A DNA stretch of 64,000 bases from Paraspadella gotoi (Eukaryota > Animalia > Chaetognatha), in NCBI GenBank assembly GCA_051294375.1, contig CM119267.1, forward strand, positions 624,403-688,402, given 5' to 3'. Positions 21,101-35,019 of the stretch are shown piece after piece. Each line of letters opens with the position of its first letter. The stretch's first letter is position 1. The notes under the pieces were generated by a model. The model ran no database searches and was not told the DNA's origin. It worked only from the letters and a program-made list of their open reading frames with translations. Position numbers and translations under genes: made by a program.

Positions 21101-21610
21101 AGAAAGGGAAGAAAGGGAAGAAGGGAAGGAAGGGAAGGAAGGAAAGAAGGAAAGAAGGAAGGGAAGGAAGGGAAGGGAAGGAAGGGAAGGGAGGAAAGAA
21201 GGAAGAGGAAGGGGAAGAAGGAAGGAGAGGGAAGAGGGAAGGAAGAAGGAAGGGGAAGGAAGGAAGGAAGGAAGGAAGGAAGGAAGAAGGGAAGGGAAGG
21301 AAGGAAGGAAGAAGGAAGGAAGGGAAGGAAGGGAAGGAAGGGAAGGAAGAAAGGTACTAGTATGAGAAGAAAAGGATGAAAAGAGAAAAGAAAAAGAATT
21401 AAGTCAGACCAAATCCTTTCACTCCCTCTCTTCCTCTCTCCCTCTCTCCCTCTCCCTCTCTACAGGACTCTTTACCGAAATGGTCGCTCCCTCTACCGTC
21501 GCGGACAAGTCGGAGATTGGGTGAACCACCTCACTGTCGCTCAGAGCAGAAGAGTGGAGCGGAGGGCGAGGGAGGCTGGGCTGCACTTTGTTTATGAGCT
21601 GGAGAAGTGA
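15327..21610 (+). CDS. Cytosolic sulfotransferase (SULT family)
   Basis: Exons 15327-15567, 18206-18395, 18869-19034, 19355-~19491 (indel-damaged), 21466-21610. 5'-PSB loop SYPKCGHHW, PRIILTHLPYEFLP, 3'-PB RNPKDVVVSFH, VEYGSFF, C-terminal RRGQVGDWVNHLTVAQS. Confidence 0.88.
15635..18143 (+). mobile_element. Non-autonomous DIRS1-like (tyrosine-recombinase class) retroelement in sulfotransferase intron 1
   Basis: ~140-bp inverted terminal repeats 15650-15789 / 17972-18109 with unequal outer extensions (15 nt left, ~34 nt right); ICR 16596-16684 complementary to both outer ends; TTA trinucleotide at both termini; gag-like patches on +; no RT, RNase H or YR motifs seen. Confidence 0.85.
19495..21380. 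repeat. Long polypurine (GGAA/GGGAA) low-complexity tract in a sulfotransferase intron; partly duplicated across the N-gap 20921-20945
   Basis: Almost pure A/G on +; 20755-20920 is repeated at 21345-21500. Confidence 0.9.
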
Positions 21611-21907
21611 GAGAGGGAGAGGGAGGGAGAGAGGGAGGGAGGAAGAGGAAGAGGAAGGGAGGAATTTCCCATTTATTCAACTGTTTTTCTTTTACCCTCA
21701 CAAAAAGACATTTGACTTTTCGTTTAATCATTAAATCTAATGTTCAAATATACAAATTAACCACATAGCTATTTGATTAATCTTTGATTTGCCAGTTAAT
21801 ATCATTGATTTCAATAAATGTTAGCAGACGTTTTTTAACGGCTGAAATCTTGGCCGGTGTTTTGTGCGGGCTGGTTGTCTTCCGTTAAGAGCATCTGTCC
21901 TTTTTTC

Positions 21908-21960
<53 letters not shown>

Positions 21961-22923
21961 TCTCTCTCTCTTTCTGGTCGCAGTTTTTGTGGTCGTCGTG
22001 GTCGTCGTCCGTCGTCGTTCGTTCGATTTCTTTCATTATCATGAGTCACATGCAAGAAAAGATTGTCCCCTTAAACGTCGTCGTCGTCGTCGTCTTCATT
22101 GTCGTCGTCGTCGTCGTTGCAGTAGTTGATTCCTTTGTCCTTGTCCTGGTCGTTGTCGTCTTCGTCGTTGTCGTCTTCGTCGTCATTATCCTTCTTCATC
22201 CGCATGAAATTTTAATTTCAGTTTGAAATTAAAACTTTCAATTTTTCAATTTTTTTTTGGCGGGATTTTTTTAAATTTCTTTGTGGTTTTAATGTCGCGT
22301 TTCATCTTCGCTTTGTTTTCTCGTTGTTTCTTTTTGTTTTGTTTTGTTTTGCTTTTTTTTAACTCTTAGTTATTTGAAATCTTATCCTCAGAAAGTTTTA
22401 TTTTATAAAATTTCAAACTTGAAAGATCGAGTATCTTTTTTTGTTTTGTTTTTTTTTCTTGGTTTTTTTTTTTTTGCTGCTTCTTTCTAACAAATTTCAT
22501 GTTGTTCTACTCCGTCTTTCTCTTTTCCCGGATTTCTTATTTTTTCATTCCGCCAGCACCTCCAGCACCTCCAGCACCGCCAACATCTTCGGCACCGCTG
22601 TCGTGGTTGGCGCCGCCGCTTTTGATCGAATTTCTCGCAAGAGTCAAATTCTTTTAATCCTTCGTGAAAAAGTGAATGAATGGAGTCGACCCTTGGACCG
22701 TGAACTATTCCGATTTGATTGGCGGGAGTAATTTCCCCAGAGTATTTTACCCAGTGGGGGAAACCCTACCGTATCATCGGCAGCCTACTAAATTTATGAG
22801 TAAGGCGCCCTGCAAACGGAACAGCAGGGGGGGCGCCCTGCAATGCCAGCACAGCGTCGTCTTTGCCGAACCAGCGGCTTCTAAATTTTTTCCTTTGATC
22901 CGAGGAAAAAATACATTTGATTA

Positions 22924-23023
<100 letters not shown>

Positions 23024-23033
23024 CATATATCTG

Positions 23034-23296
23034 TAGTCGGGCATTGCCTAGGTTCACCCCGCCTAGAAGCATGACACTTTCAGTTGTGACCCGGTGGCTC
23101 ATTGAGTAAAGCCATCAGCTCAGGACCACTAGGTACCGGGTTCAATCACAACCCTGCGGGAAGCGTGAGGACGGCCGTAAGCCGCCTAGGGGGCGTGGAA
23201 AACCCTCAAGCCTGGTTCCAAGCCCAGGGACCCGTTCCATGGCTGCTAGAGGGGTTTAAAGAAGTTACGGACAGTCATCTTCAGCCCTCGTAGCTC
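23034..23296 (+). mobile_element. SINE-like interspersed repeat with Pol III A/B-box-like motifs and a twister-like hairpin; second copy on the minus strand at ~54010-54230
   Basis: TGGCTCATTGAGTAAAGC (A-box-like) and GGTTCAATC (B-box-like); shared blocks GCATGACAC.TTCAGT.GTGACCCGGTGGCTC.TTGAGTAA and CCTG.TTCCAAGCCCAGG in both copies. Confidence 0.65.
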
Positions 23297-25113
23297 CTTA
23301 TCCACATATCTATCTATTTATTAATGTATCTATTTATCTATTTGGCTATCTTTCTTTTTCTCTCTCTATCCTTTTTAAACGTAACTAAATAATTCAAATA
23401 GTTTAAAACATAACAAAAACATTTTTTTAAAATTTATTATTTGTACCCAAACCCCTTCGACAGTGTTCGTAATTTTTTTTTTCCCGCGGGAATAATTGGC
23501 TGGTAATGAGTAAATTGCCGGGTTTAGCCTAATAAAAAATAAATAAAACGACGTGTCTCAGTTTGATAACAAATTTCCGAATCGGAATAAAAAATTAACC
23601 GAAATTTGAGGGAATTCGCTATTGAAGTTGTTGTCGTTGTTGTTGTTCGTTGTTGTTGTCGTTGTTGTTGTCATTGTTTTTGTTGTTGTTTGCTAATTCA
23701 AGCTTAAAAAATAAATTATTGCTTTGGACATGAAGCGATTTCAATTAAATAAATCATTTACAAAAGTTTTTAATATATAACGTTTATATAACTAATAATA
23801 GTAAACAATTCTTCAAAGACATAATAGCCCTTAATTAAGCTTTTCTTTACCCCCACTCAGCTCCGGTGAAGAAACAAAACTGCGACGTGAATTCTGATTA
23901 CTCATTCGCGAATTGTAGAGACAAGTATTACTCATTTTCTCGTTAAACCCAAAAGTACAATTAAATTCTGCGTATCTGACTTTTGCGTTATTCGTCAAAA
24001 TTCAATCGAAACCTAAATCTTACCAGTAGATCTGGAAGCTATCTCGCTAGTAGGATGTATTGTGCAATCTTGAATTGAGTACAAAACTACACAGGATTTA
24101 AAGAATAACGAAATCTGCTTCTTTTGACTTTTTGAGGATTTGGGCTAAAAAATATCATCTGTTTTTCTTCTGACTCATTTTTTTAAAAACTTTTTTTTTT
24201 ACTAAATCCCAGGATTAAAAAAAATATTACATGAGATTTTTTGGAGAATAAGAAACTTTGTGGGAGACGAAATGAAATGACATCATGAAATGATAAATTT
24301 TGCATTTTAATGCCAGTAAAAGATGACATTCGCTGGAATTTAAAAAAAATGTTTTTTTTAGCCTCATTCTCGTATCGACGTCTATATTGTCGTCGTCGTC
24401 GTTATCGTCGTCGTTAACGTCATTGTTGTTGTTATTCAATATTTAATTATATCATTCATACTCTATTCTATTCATACTCTATTCATCCTCTATTCATACT
24501 CTATTCTATTCATACTCTATTCATCCTCTATTCATTCTCTATTCTATTCATAATCTATTCTCAACTGACCAACATTTCATGTAAACCTTTTTCACTTCGA
24601 TATCAAAAATAACAATTTATTAAATGAATGGATAATTTTTATATTGGTTGTATCAATTTCATTAAACAATTGATTTAAACTTAAATTGACTTAATCAAAA
24701 TATCCGACATCATATCACATCACATCATGTCACATCGCAATACGTGACATCACATCACATCATCTCACATCGCTTTACGTGACATCACATCACATCATAT
24801 CTCATAACATTCTCTCTTCTCAGTTGAATCTTAATATTTTGTCAAACTCAATTTTCGTTTCAACTTAAATTTGAAAAAAACATTTTTTTCTTCAACTCAT
24901 TTTTAGTAATTTTTTATCATTTTTAATATTTTGCCACATCGCAGTCGTAAATCCCTGAATCAACTGCTTTCGCCCTCAATCACTTGGGAATTGCTATGAT
25001 CAGGTCATTGCACTGCCATATCTGCCATATCTGCCATATCTGGCATTTTTGTAACTCTTCTCGTTCTTTGCCACTTCTTCCCCCTATTTTTTCGCCATAT
25101 CTTACTCTATACT

Positions 25114-25165
<52 letters not shown>

Positions 25166-25277
25166 CCAACGAAACGCCACTCCCTCTCTCTCCTTTTCGT
25201 CTCCCTCGAAGTCGACAAACGCGAAGTCCTGGATTCGAACCCCACGCCGGAGAGAGGAGAGAAGAGGAGGAGAGAGG

Positions 25278-25316
<39 letters not shown>

Positions 25317-25317
<1 letters not shown>

Positions 25318-25338
25318 ATAAAAGAAGTACAGTTGGAC
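25317..25338 (+). promoter_or_regulatory. TATA box directly after a (GA)n tract; a near-identical motif occurs at 29444-29466
   Basis: TATAAAAGAAGTACAGTTGGAC vs TATAAAAAGAAGTACAGTGGGAC. Confidence 0.45.
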
Positions 25339-26098
25339 CGGTGACATTTTTTTAACGTCGGTTAATTTTTTTGCCTGACGCAAAAAAAGAAAGAAAAAAG
25401 AGAGAACAAAATTCACTCGATCAAAACTGAGTCACCGAAATTTTTTACCCAAACTTTTTTCTTTTTTCTCTTATCGTCTCCCTCTCTGTCATTGCGTCTC
25501 CCTCTCTATAATTGCGTCTCCCTCTCTGTCATTGCGTCACCCTATTGTTTACAGCGCAGGAGGTTTCGATCTTCTGCCCCGAAAAAAAATAAATTCGCTA
25601 TGAATGAAGAAATCGAGGAATAAAAATAAACAAACAAAGAAAGAAAAAAATATAAATAAAAACCAAAACTAAAACGATTTCCTTTTTTTATTTTCTTCTA
25701 CAAAACAAAACATAAACAAAAAACAAAACCAAAGTTTATTTATTTCGTCCAATTTTTTTTCCTTCGAACCGAAACTGATAGAAAAATGGAAGCCGACAAA
25801 TGAAGTCTTCGGAGCCGACAACCAGACGAACCGACATAATAATCGAAGTTTTATAAAAACATTTTAACTTTAGTCATTTTTTGGCTTTTGACTTCGACTA
25901 TCCTCTGCTATACTATTCCCCCTTTTCTGTCTTCCTTTTCTGTCTTCCTCGGCTATCCTCTGCTATCCTATTCCCCCGTTCTATCCCCTGTTCTGTCTTC
26001 TTTTTCTGTCTTCCTCGACTATCCTCTGCTATCCTATTCCCCCGTTCTATCCCCTTTTCTGTCTTCCTTTTCTGTAATTCTTTTCCAACGAAGATAAA

Positions 26099-26276
26099 AT
26101 GGCAAACGTACCTCTGGAGGAGATTATTGAGGTATCAAAATGAATGAATGAATGAATGAATAATGAATGAATGAATAATGAATGAATGAATGAATGAATG
26201 AGGCAGTCAATCAAAAAACCAGCAAACAGTCCAATTATCAAACGCTTTTGAATTGCTAATAATTAATCATTGAACT

Positions 26277-26349
<73 letters not shown>

Positions 26350-26692
26350 GTCAATCAATCAATCAATCAATCAATTAAAATAAATCAATAAAAATCAATC
26401 AATCCAGCACATCGACCGCAACCTGGAACAGTTCCACAATTTCAACGCCACCCGCCAACGAAGACGCCCTTCTCCTCCAGCTTTGCTTCTCCATCAAAAC
26501 CCGGGATTCAGACTTTACGAACCTCCGATGCCGGATCGTAAGATGGGGATCCGTCTGTCAGTCTGTCAGTCTGTCTCTCTCTAGGGTTTTTTAGTATCTG
26601 CTTATATATTTTCCTTGTGCGTCTGTCTGTTTGTCTCTTTCTCTGTCTCTTTCTCTGTCTCAGTTCATTCTGCCCTCTTTACTCATTATTTG

Positions 26693-26776
<84 letters not shown>

Positions 26777-27013
26777 ACCCCTGCGTCTACTCGGAACTTA
26801 AATCTCCCTCTAACTCCACCCTTCCTGTTCTCTTCCTCCTCCTCCTTCCTCCTCCTCCTTATCCTTCCCACCCCCAAGTCATCCGCCGACAGCCTTTCGA
26901 AGTTCCTCTCTTGGATCAGCCCGCCGTCCCGCCTCAACAGCAGCCACCCCAGCATCCTCAGCAGCGACCGCAGGAGCAACAGCAGCAACGCCCGTCGCAG
27001 CAACAGCAGCGAG
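26099..27013 (+). CDS. Three coding exons (Pro/Gln-rich N-terminus), probably an alternative 5' end of the BTB-BACK gene
   Basis: ATG exon 26099-26131 (phase 0), 26408-26537 (phase 1) and 26879-27013 (phase 1) join in frame: MANVPLEEIIEHIDRNLEQFHNFNATRQRRRPSPP...QQQPPQHPQQRPQEQQQQR; the final phase matches the acceptor at 38185. Confidence 0.6.
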
Positions 27014-27522
27014 GTGAGATTTTTTCGTAGAGATAAGAAAAGAGGGAAAGAGGGTGGGGAGAGGCGGAAGAGGGAGAGAGGGAGAGAGGGAGGGAGGAAG
27101 GGAGGAAGAGGGAGAGAGGGAGGAAGGGAGGAAGGAGGAGGGAGGGAGGAAGGGAGGAAGGGGGAGGGAGGAAGGAAAAGGGAGGGAGAGAAATCTCTTT
27201 GATTTGATATATGTCTTTCTTCTTTTCTTTTTTTTCCTTATTTCTATCTTTCTGTCTTTCTGTCTTCCTGTCTTTTTTTCTTTCTTTCTGTCTTTCTTTC
27301 TTTTTTTCTTCCTGTCTTTTATTCTTTCTTTCTTTTTTTCTTTTTCTCTTTTTTTTCTCTTTCTTTTTTCCCCAATTAACTCTTTTCAGCTTCGACTTAC
27401 GAAATGCGGGTCTTTTCTTTCACCGCATTTTTTTATTCTTTGTAAAAACTATTTTCCTCTAAATTATAATTATATTAATAACCAACGAAAGCAAAAAAAG
27501 CTCTGCATCCCTTATTTTATAA

Positions 27523-27616
<94 letters not shown>
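27523..27616. repeat. (GTC)n microsatellite; (GAC)n also at 28923-28996
   Basis: Perfect trinucleotide runs. Confidence 0.95.
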
Positions 27617-28491
27617 TTCGATCTTAAATTCTTTTCGTTTTTGTTTTTATCAAATTTAAAAAAAAAAACTTTTCGTGACGAAAAACTTCGATTCTAAAGA
27701 TTTTAATTCAAAACTTGAAATATTTTCCTTTCTGGATTTTAATTTTTTTTAAATTTTACTCATTTCTTAAATGTTTTGTTCTCTAATAAAATAGAAAATA
27801 GAAATAAAATAGGAAGAAAAGCCAAAAGATCCGCTTTGCCGAAATGTTTTAGGTTTTAAATTAGTTTAGGTTAAACATTTGGAAAGACATCAGAGCTTAA
27901 ATATTGGGGTTAAAATCAAGTTCAGGTATTAAGAACAGAAATGAGGCCCTTTCAGAAATTAGTGCCGAAAAAATGATTATGATAATCGTAAAACAAAACT
28001 TTTAATCCATAATCTATTACAAATCGATTTTTTATTAATAAAATCTTTAGGTTTAGTTTTTTTTTACTTTTTAAATCGATTACGCGTTACAATTACGCTA
28101 CATCACATTAATTTTTTTTTCATTGGCGCACAGTGTAATACAGTGTAATACAATGAGTCAGTCACAGTGGTACCAAGTCTTAAACTCCACGCGACTGACA
28201 TTTATTGCTTCATTATTATTAACGACTTTAACTATAAGTATGTGATCTAGCGGGGACAATTCTTGCTTAAAAACTATCTTTGCTGATAAATTAATTAGGT
28301 TAGTTTATATTATAGTCAAATCAGTCTCGAAAGTAAACTTACGGACTATCGGACAGACAGACGGACGGACGGATCGATCGACAGACGGATTGACTCTGTC
28401 ATTCAACCGCGATTCTTTCGGGTCAAAACAAAATCTTACTTTGCAACTTCTTTTTCACTAGACGTGTCGGGACAAGATCCTTCCTTCTCAG

Positions 28492-28530
28492 CCAATCAGA
28501 ATCGTTTTCGAAAAAAGTCTCTCAGCCAAT
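28492..28530 (+). promoter_or_regulatory. Paired CCAAT boxes (NF-Y-type), 34 bp apart
   Basis: CTCAGCCAATCAGA and CTCAGCCAATTAGA. Confidence 0.45.
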
Positions 28531-28921
28531 TAGAATGAAACGGTTTACCGATAACTTATAGAAAAGTTAGGAAAATACGTTCCTCGTTCTCTCCTTCTCT
28601 TTGACTCTGTCTCTCGCTCTCTCTGTTATTTTTTTTTTTTTTTTGCGCAGTTCCGTGATCGAGGTTCCTCTTCTTTTTGTCTCGTGATTATTTCTAATTC
28701 GCTCGAAAACGAAAAAAATTGAGAATTTAAACAATTGCGTCTCAAATTAATTTAAATTCATGAGTAATACAAATATATCCGTTTGAATATAACGGAATGA
28801 ATGAATGACTCATGAACCAATGACGATGAATAAGAATGAATAAAGATGAATAAAGATGAATCTAGAAGATAAATCATCGTTTTAGTCGGAAAAAGATTAG
28901 GATTAGATGAAAGAAAGATTC

Positions 28922-28997
<76 letters not shown>

Positions 28998-29396
28998 CTT
29001 AACTGATTCAGACAGACCAGAGTCTAAAAAAACTTTTTTTCCCTTTGTAATATAAGACCTTTTCAAAATTATTTTTTCCCCGCTGTTTCTTTCTCATTTT
29101 TTTTTTCAAATTTCTTCATTTTTTTACCGGAATAATTTTTATTTTATTTTATTTATTTGCAAATCGAAATTTTGATAAAAATATCGTCTTAAAATCGCCA
29201 AGAATTTTGATATATGTCGACGATTCAATAAGCGTATTTTTATGACAATCGCCTCGCATGTCTGTGGTTAAAGCAAAACGTCTCAGTTTTTTCGAGTGTT
29301 AACTGTACTCAAGAATACCCGAGAGTACAGGGGGATTCTTCTTACCCGATCTTCCTACCAGTCGTCCTTTTGATATTTTAATCTCTTAATAGGATT

Positions 29397-29434
<38 letters not shown>

Positions 29435-29927
29435 GCATTAAAATATAAAAAGAAGTACAGTGGGACATTTTCGAAAGAGGCTGAGATTCTTAGTCGATTT
29501 TATTCTTTCAGATTTAATTTTTTTTCGAATTCCAAAGTTCGATTTACTCTTCAATTTACTTTTCGGGACATCGTTTTACAGGGTGGTGCCAAAAAAAAAA
29601 GAGAAATAGGGAATTACGAGGAAAGATTAAATTAAATTGTGGATGAAATAAATGATAAAATGTATAATAAATATAAATATAGATAAATATAAATATAAAT
29701 ATAGAATAGAATAGAAAGTAATTTTTTTAAATTAATTAAATTAAATTAATCTTAGGATGAATTTTAAAGTCTTTTTTTAAATAATAGCCCCTGATAATTC
29801 TTTGACGCTCTACCCCTCCCCCATGTGGCTCGCGGCCATTTTAAACCTTCTTTCGCATCTCAGCCCCATACTAGCCTTTCTGCTCCGATTCTAATTCAAC
29901 TTTAATCCTTATCTAAGTATTTCGAAC

Positions 29928-29977
<50 letters not shown>

Positions 29978-30344
29978 CCTCTCTCTCGTGCCCCTGAATT
30001 ACGCCCAGATCCTCCCTCTCCTCTTGAATCGCCCCCTCATCTCCAGCGCCCTCTGCTTCATCATTTGGAACCGGAATTTTTTATCATAAACAAAAGTGAA
30101 ACTTGAGACAAAATTTGAAGTGAAATTTGAAAATCGAGTGAAAATCACGTTTGACGAAAAAAAAAATTCGATCGTGAATATTTTGATTAAGTTTTTTTTT
30201 TTCAGTTCGTGGACATAAAATATTTTTATAAAAAGGAACTAACTTTCATTTCTCTGACTCGTATGTATATCTTTGACGTCAATTATAAATTGTAAATTAT
30301 TGACTTTTTGTTTTATTTTCGTGAATATTCGAATTAGACTGAAG

Positions 30345-30545
30345 ACTGATAAAAGTGATGACAGATCAAAGAAATGACAGGAATGACAGGAATGACAAAT
30401 AAAAGTGATGACAGATCAAAGAAATGACAGGAATGACAGGAATGATAAATAAAAGTTACAGATCAAAGGAATGACAGAAATGACAGATAAAAGTGATGAC
30501 AGATCAAAGGAATGACAGTAATGACAGGAATGACAGATGACAGGG
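30345..30545. repeat. Minisatellite of AATGACAGG / AAAAGTGATGACAGATCAAAG units
   Basis: Four compound units visible. Confidence 0.85.
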
Positions 30546-31303
30546 AAGACAAGTGTACGACAAACTCCATTGATCACAGATGTTCATCAGATAATTTTTT
30601 TGTTATACCATCATCTAAATAAGAAAACCTCGACAAACTTCAAGTAAAATCGTTCTATGACTATGTCCATGAAACTATATATTTCTAATTTCAGTTTAAA
30701 AAATTTCAATTCAAACATTAGTTTAAACATTTCTTCTTTCCTCGAAGTTCGATGTTTAATGTTACGAGGTCTTGAGTTCGATCCTCTTCCTTTGTTCTTC
30801 TGTTTTACGTCTTTCAATTTTCTTAACTTTTTTTGCTCTTTTTATATAATTTTTTCTTATCGAAAAAAAAAACTGATGTACTTTTAGGTCATATAGTATG
30901 GATTTAACTATGACCAAATGAAAATAATTAAAAAAAAATCAATTAATGATTTATTAGAAAAGAAACAGACAAAAGAAATAAAGAAAGAAAGATAGATAGA
31001 TATATAGAAAGAATGAAAGGAGGATACTAAAAAAGGAGATAAAGAAAGAAAGAAAAAAAGAAAGAAAGAAAAAATAAAAAAGAAAGAAAAAAAGAAAGAA
31101 AGATAGAAAGAATGAAAGAAAGAAATATAGAAAGATAGAAAGAAAGAGGAGATAAAAGAGTTCAATCTTTTTCGTCAGCGATCGATTTCTCTCCCGCGAA
31201 GAAATAAGACGACGACGACGACGACGACGACGAATAAAAACTAAAAAGCAAATATAAAATCTGAATAAGAATCAAGTTTAGTCTGAAAAAAAAAAGAGAA
31301 CCT

Positions 31304-31342
<39 letters not shown>

Positions 31343-31349
31343 AAAGAAG

Positions 31350-31397
<48 letters not shown>

Positions 31398-31813
31398 AGG
31401 AGAGAGAAAAGAGAGAAGAGAGAAGAGAGAGGAGAGAGAAGAGAGAGAGAGAGAGAAGAGAGAGAAAAGGGAGCCAGCTGAGCGAGCCAAACGAAGCTTT
31501 TAAGGACGACGACGACGACGAACGACGACGACGACGACGACGACTACGACGACGAACGACGAACCAAGTTATTTTGACGCGTCGCGTCACGCGAGTTTTT
31601 GACAAAAAAAAAAAAAAAAAAAATGAGTCTATTTTTCGTTTGAAATTTCCGCTCCAAAAATGAAACCTTTGTCCTAAAATTATTATTCGTGTCCTTTTTT
31701 CTCTTTGTCCTCGAATGATTTTTTCTTCAATATTCCTTTTATTTATTCGAGTTCCTGTATCCGTATTTCTTTCCGTATCCGTATTTAGCGTGTATTTCTT
31801 CCTTCTCTCCCTC

Positions 31814-31900
<87 letters not shown>

Positions 31901-33671
31901 CATCCTTACCCATCGCTTCTCCTCTTCCTTTTCTTCCATCGCTTTCGTTCGCAGCAAGCTTTTAAACTTGTCTTCTCGTCCGCCGCCGCCGCCGCGCCGC
32001 CGCCGCCGCGCGCCGCCGCCGCCGCGCCGCGCCGCCGCGCGCCGATTGCACGATGACGATGAGTCGATGACTAAACGACGACGACGACGACAACGACGAT
32101 TACGACACAACTGGTGCTCAGATCCGCACAGTTTTTGCATTTCTTGCGCAAATCTCTCTCTCTCTCTATCTCTCTCCTCTCTCTCTCCCTCTCTCTCTCT
32201 CTCCTTGTCTCTCTCTCTTTTTTTTTTTTTAATGTTTTCTTAGCATTAATTTAATCCTAATCTGTTTTAAAAATAAATTCGTCATTAAATCAATCGAATG
32301 ACTTCATATTCTTTGTTTTTTTTATCGATGCTTTTCTTTTTATCTTCATCTGTTTGTTTGGTTGTTTTTTTTTCGTTTCGGCTACAAATTGTTTTGTTTT
32401 GTTTGTTTTTTGTTCTTTTTTTGCCTCAAAACGAAACTTTGTCTCTTCGTCGCTTAAGGGGACCCAGTGATAAAAATGATATCATAAGCTTAAGGGTCTA
32501 TCATTAAAGGATTTCGAATGGTGATAGTCATTAATTTTTCTTCGCGCGGGAAAGTGGAGAAAAAATTATCATCTCCTTGTTGCGATGCGAACAAGGACGA
32601 GTTAATTATTGGGAAAATTTTTAATGTATCTCCCCTTAATACTGATACCCTCCATTCTCTTACTTTCAATGGGGAAATTGTTTTTCCGCAAATTTCAATT
32701 TTCTATTTCTGGATGAAAAAATCTGAAATCATTGGTGGGGGCCTCCTCTGATAAAGGAATTGTTTTTATTTTGTTTGGGATTTTGTTTTGCTTTTTTAAT
32801 CTACCGAAATAGTATCCAACAATTTCTGGTTTTTTTTTTTTGCCTAAATTTAGTCACGACTTTTTCCAACTTTAAATTCCCGAGGGTCTAAGAATCGCGA
32901 CCGAATTTGGGTCATGGACCAAGAGACAAATTGAAAGGATAGACGACCATGAGAAGGCCGATGCCCGAATTGCCCGATGCTGCCCCCAACGCTTGGGCCC
33001 GATGGGTTTCCTCAGCCATTGAAGATCGCTGACGTTAGCGCCGGCGCCTTTTCGTGCCCATCTTGGCCCCAAGAAGCCAATGGGAGGGTGGCACCTTCAT
33101 GTCAAGAGATGGAAGAAGTGGCGCGTGCAAGAACCAAATGCGTTGACTGCAATGAGAGGATTGCAATCTTTCATTGGATGCAGTCAGTTGATAACAAATA
33201 TGACAAAAATGACAAAGATGAAAAACTCTGTCAAAAGATATGAAAACTTTGAAACATTTCAACACATGTTAAGAATACGTCGAAATATAACGTTAAAATG
33301 TCAAAAAATGTCAAGCGAGTTTAACTAATATGCTAAAAACTGATAATATTCTAATATAGAAACGGATTCTAAACATTTTCAACCTTCGATATAAATAAAC
33401 ACACAATTATATAAAAGAGCAGATAATTCGGTTTTAATTAATGAAGACAAAAGAGATAAACTTATTATGAACTTATTATAACTTATTATAAACTTATGAA
33501 AAAAAATATTTTCCTTTTCTAAAATTTTCTTGGTTTTTTTAATCGACCAGCTGTTTTTGAGAGCGAGTCTCTCTCTCTCTCTTCTCTCTCTCTCTCTGTC
33601 TTCATTCGAACAAAGAAGATCCAACTGGAGCAGCACAAGTTTTTTTTTCTCCCGTTTGTTTTTTTATCAGT

Positions 33672-33759
<88 letters not shown>

Positions 33760-34956
33760 TTTTTCTTCACGGTTTATATCGACGACTCTTTGTTCTTAAA
33801 TGATTAATCAAAAACTTTAACAAATTTTCACAAAAAAAACCCCGGCCTTTTAATAAATTTTCTTTTCTTTGACTATTTTAGTATTTATCCTTAATCTGAT
33901 AATCGGAAATTCTTTATAAATTAAAATCAATGTAACCTATAATCTTTTTCTTCCTCAAAAACATTAATTTACAAATTTAGATTCTGAAGATAATTTTTTT
34001 TTCTCGGCTTAAGGAAAAAAGTTTTAGTTTCGCGTAAACATTCGACTTCGTTGATTGAAGCTTCGAATTTAATTTCATCTTTTTCTCCCAAAAAAATACA
34101 AGAAATGATTAAAGATAATGTAAAAACTGTAACATTTTTAATCCTTTTTTACGAAATTTGTTTTCCTCAGGATTTTTAAAATAAAAATACAAACGCGTTT
34201 TATGAACTTTGAACAAAAACCATTTTAATATTCGATCGAAAAAGATAAACGAATGAACAAAAGATTAAAAGATCAATAAATTATACGAAACAAACAACAA
34301 ACGCGCTTCAAACCGAATTTGGGAGCAATCGGCACAGGGGGTTTTCCCACAGTGATCCAGTCGATTCTCTTTTACCAAAAAAAAACAAAAAAACTCAGAC
34401 GCGCTCTCATTTTTTTAAAGAAAAAAAACAACAAAAAAAAATGTGAGAGGAATTTGGACGAAATCTTCTAGCGGGTTTTCCAACGATGTATGGTAAGCAA
34501 TAGTTGTTAGCTGTTAACAATTATATAATCTAAATAATGCCCGGATGTGGGATTTGACAAATTAATTATCAATCCAAACGTAATATTATACTAATACACT
34601 AAAAACAAGAACGGTAATTCAAATGTGTTGCTCCGCAGGGACTTTATATTCGACTTTCTTTGCCCGTGTATTTATGACATGCACTGCATAAAAATTTGTT
34701 CTTTTATTCCTTATAGTTTTATTATTTCCTGAAGCAGGCGCTAGCAGTCCCTTAGGCTTAGATTTTTCAGTAAAATTTTTAGTCTTTAATCATTTAGTAT
34801 TTTTTCAACTTCTTTGAAATTAACTTATTATTATTATTCAATATCCAATTATGTTCTTTTAAAAAAAGTAAGTTTATCTCTGTACCTAAACATCTTCTTT
34901 GTATCGCGACTACTGTAGCTCAAAAGTGTTCCAGCCAAAAATCGAGAGAAAGAAAA

Positions 34957-35019
<63 letters not shown>

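Noticed and set aside
19313-21379. Long F/L/P/S- or E/G/K/R-rich ORFs, and the many similar (GA)n/(GTC)n ORFs across the window
   Set aside because: Translations of low-complexity repeats
20755-21500. Duplicated last sulfotransferase exon
   Set aside because: The copies flank an N-gap and differ by indels: an unmerged contig overlap
32880-33190. GC-rich island as a coding exon or retroelement endonuclease fragment
   Set aside because: No convincing motif or splice-phase support in any frame
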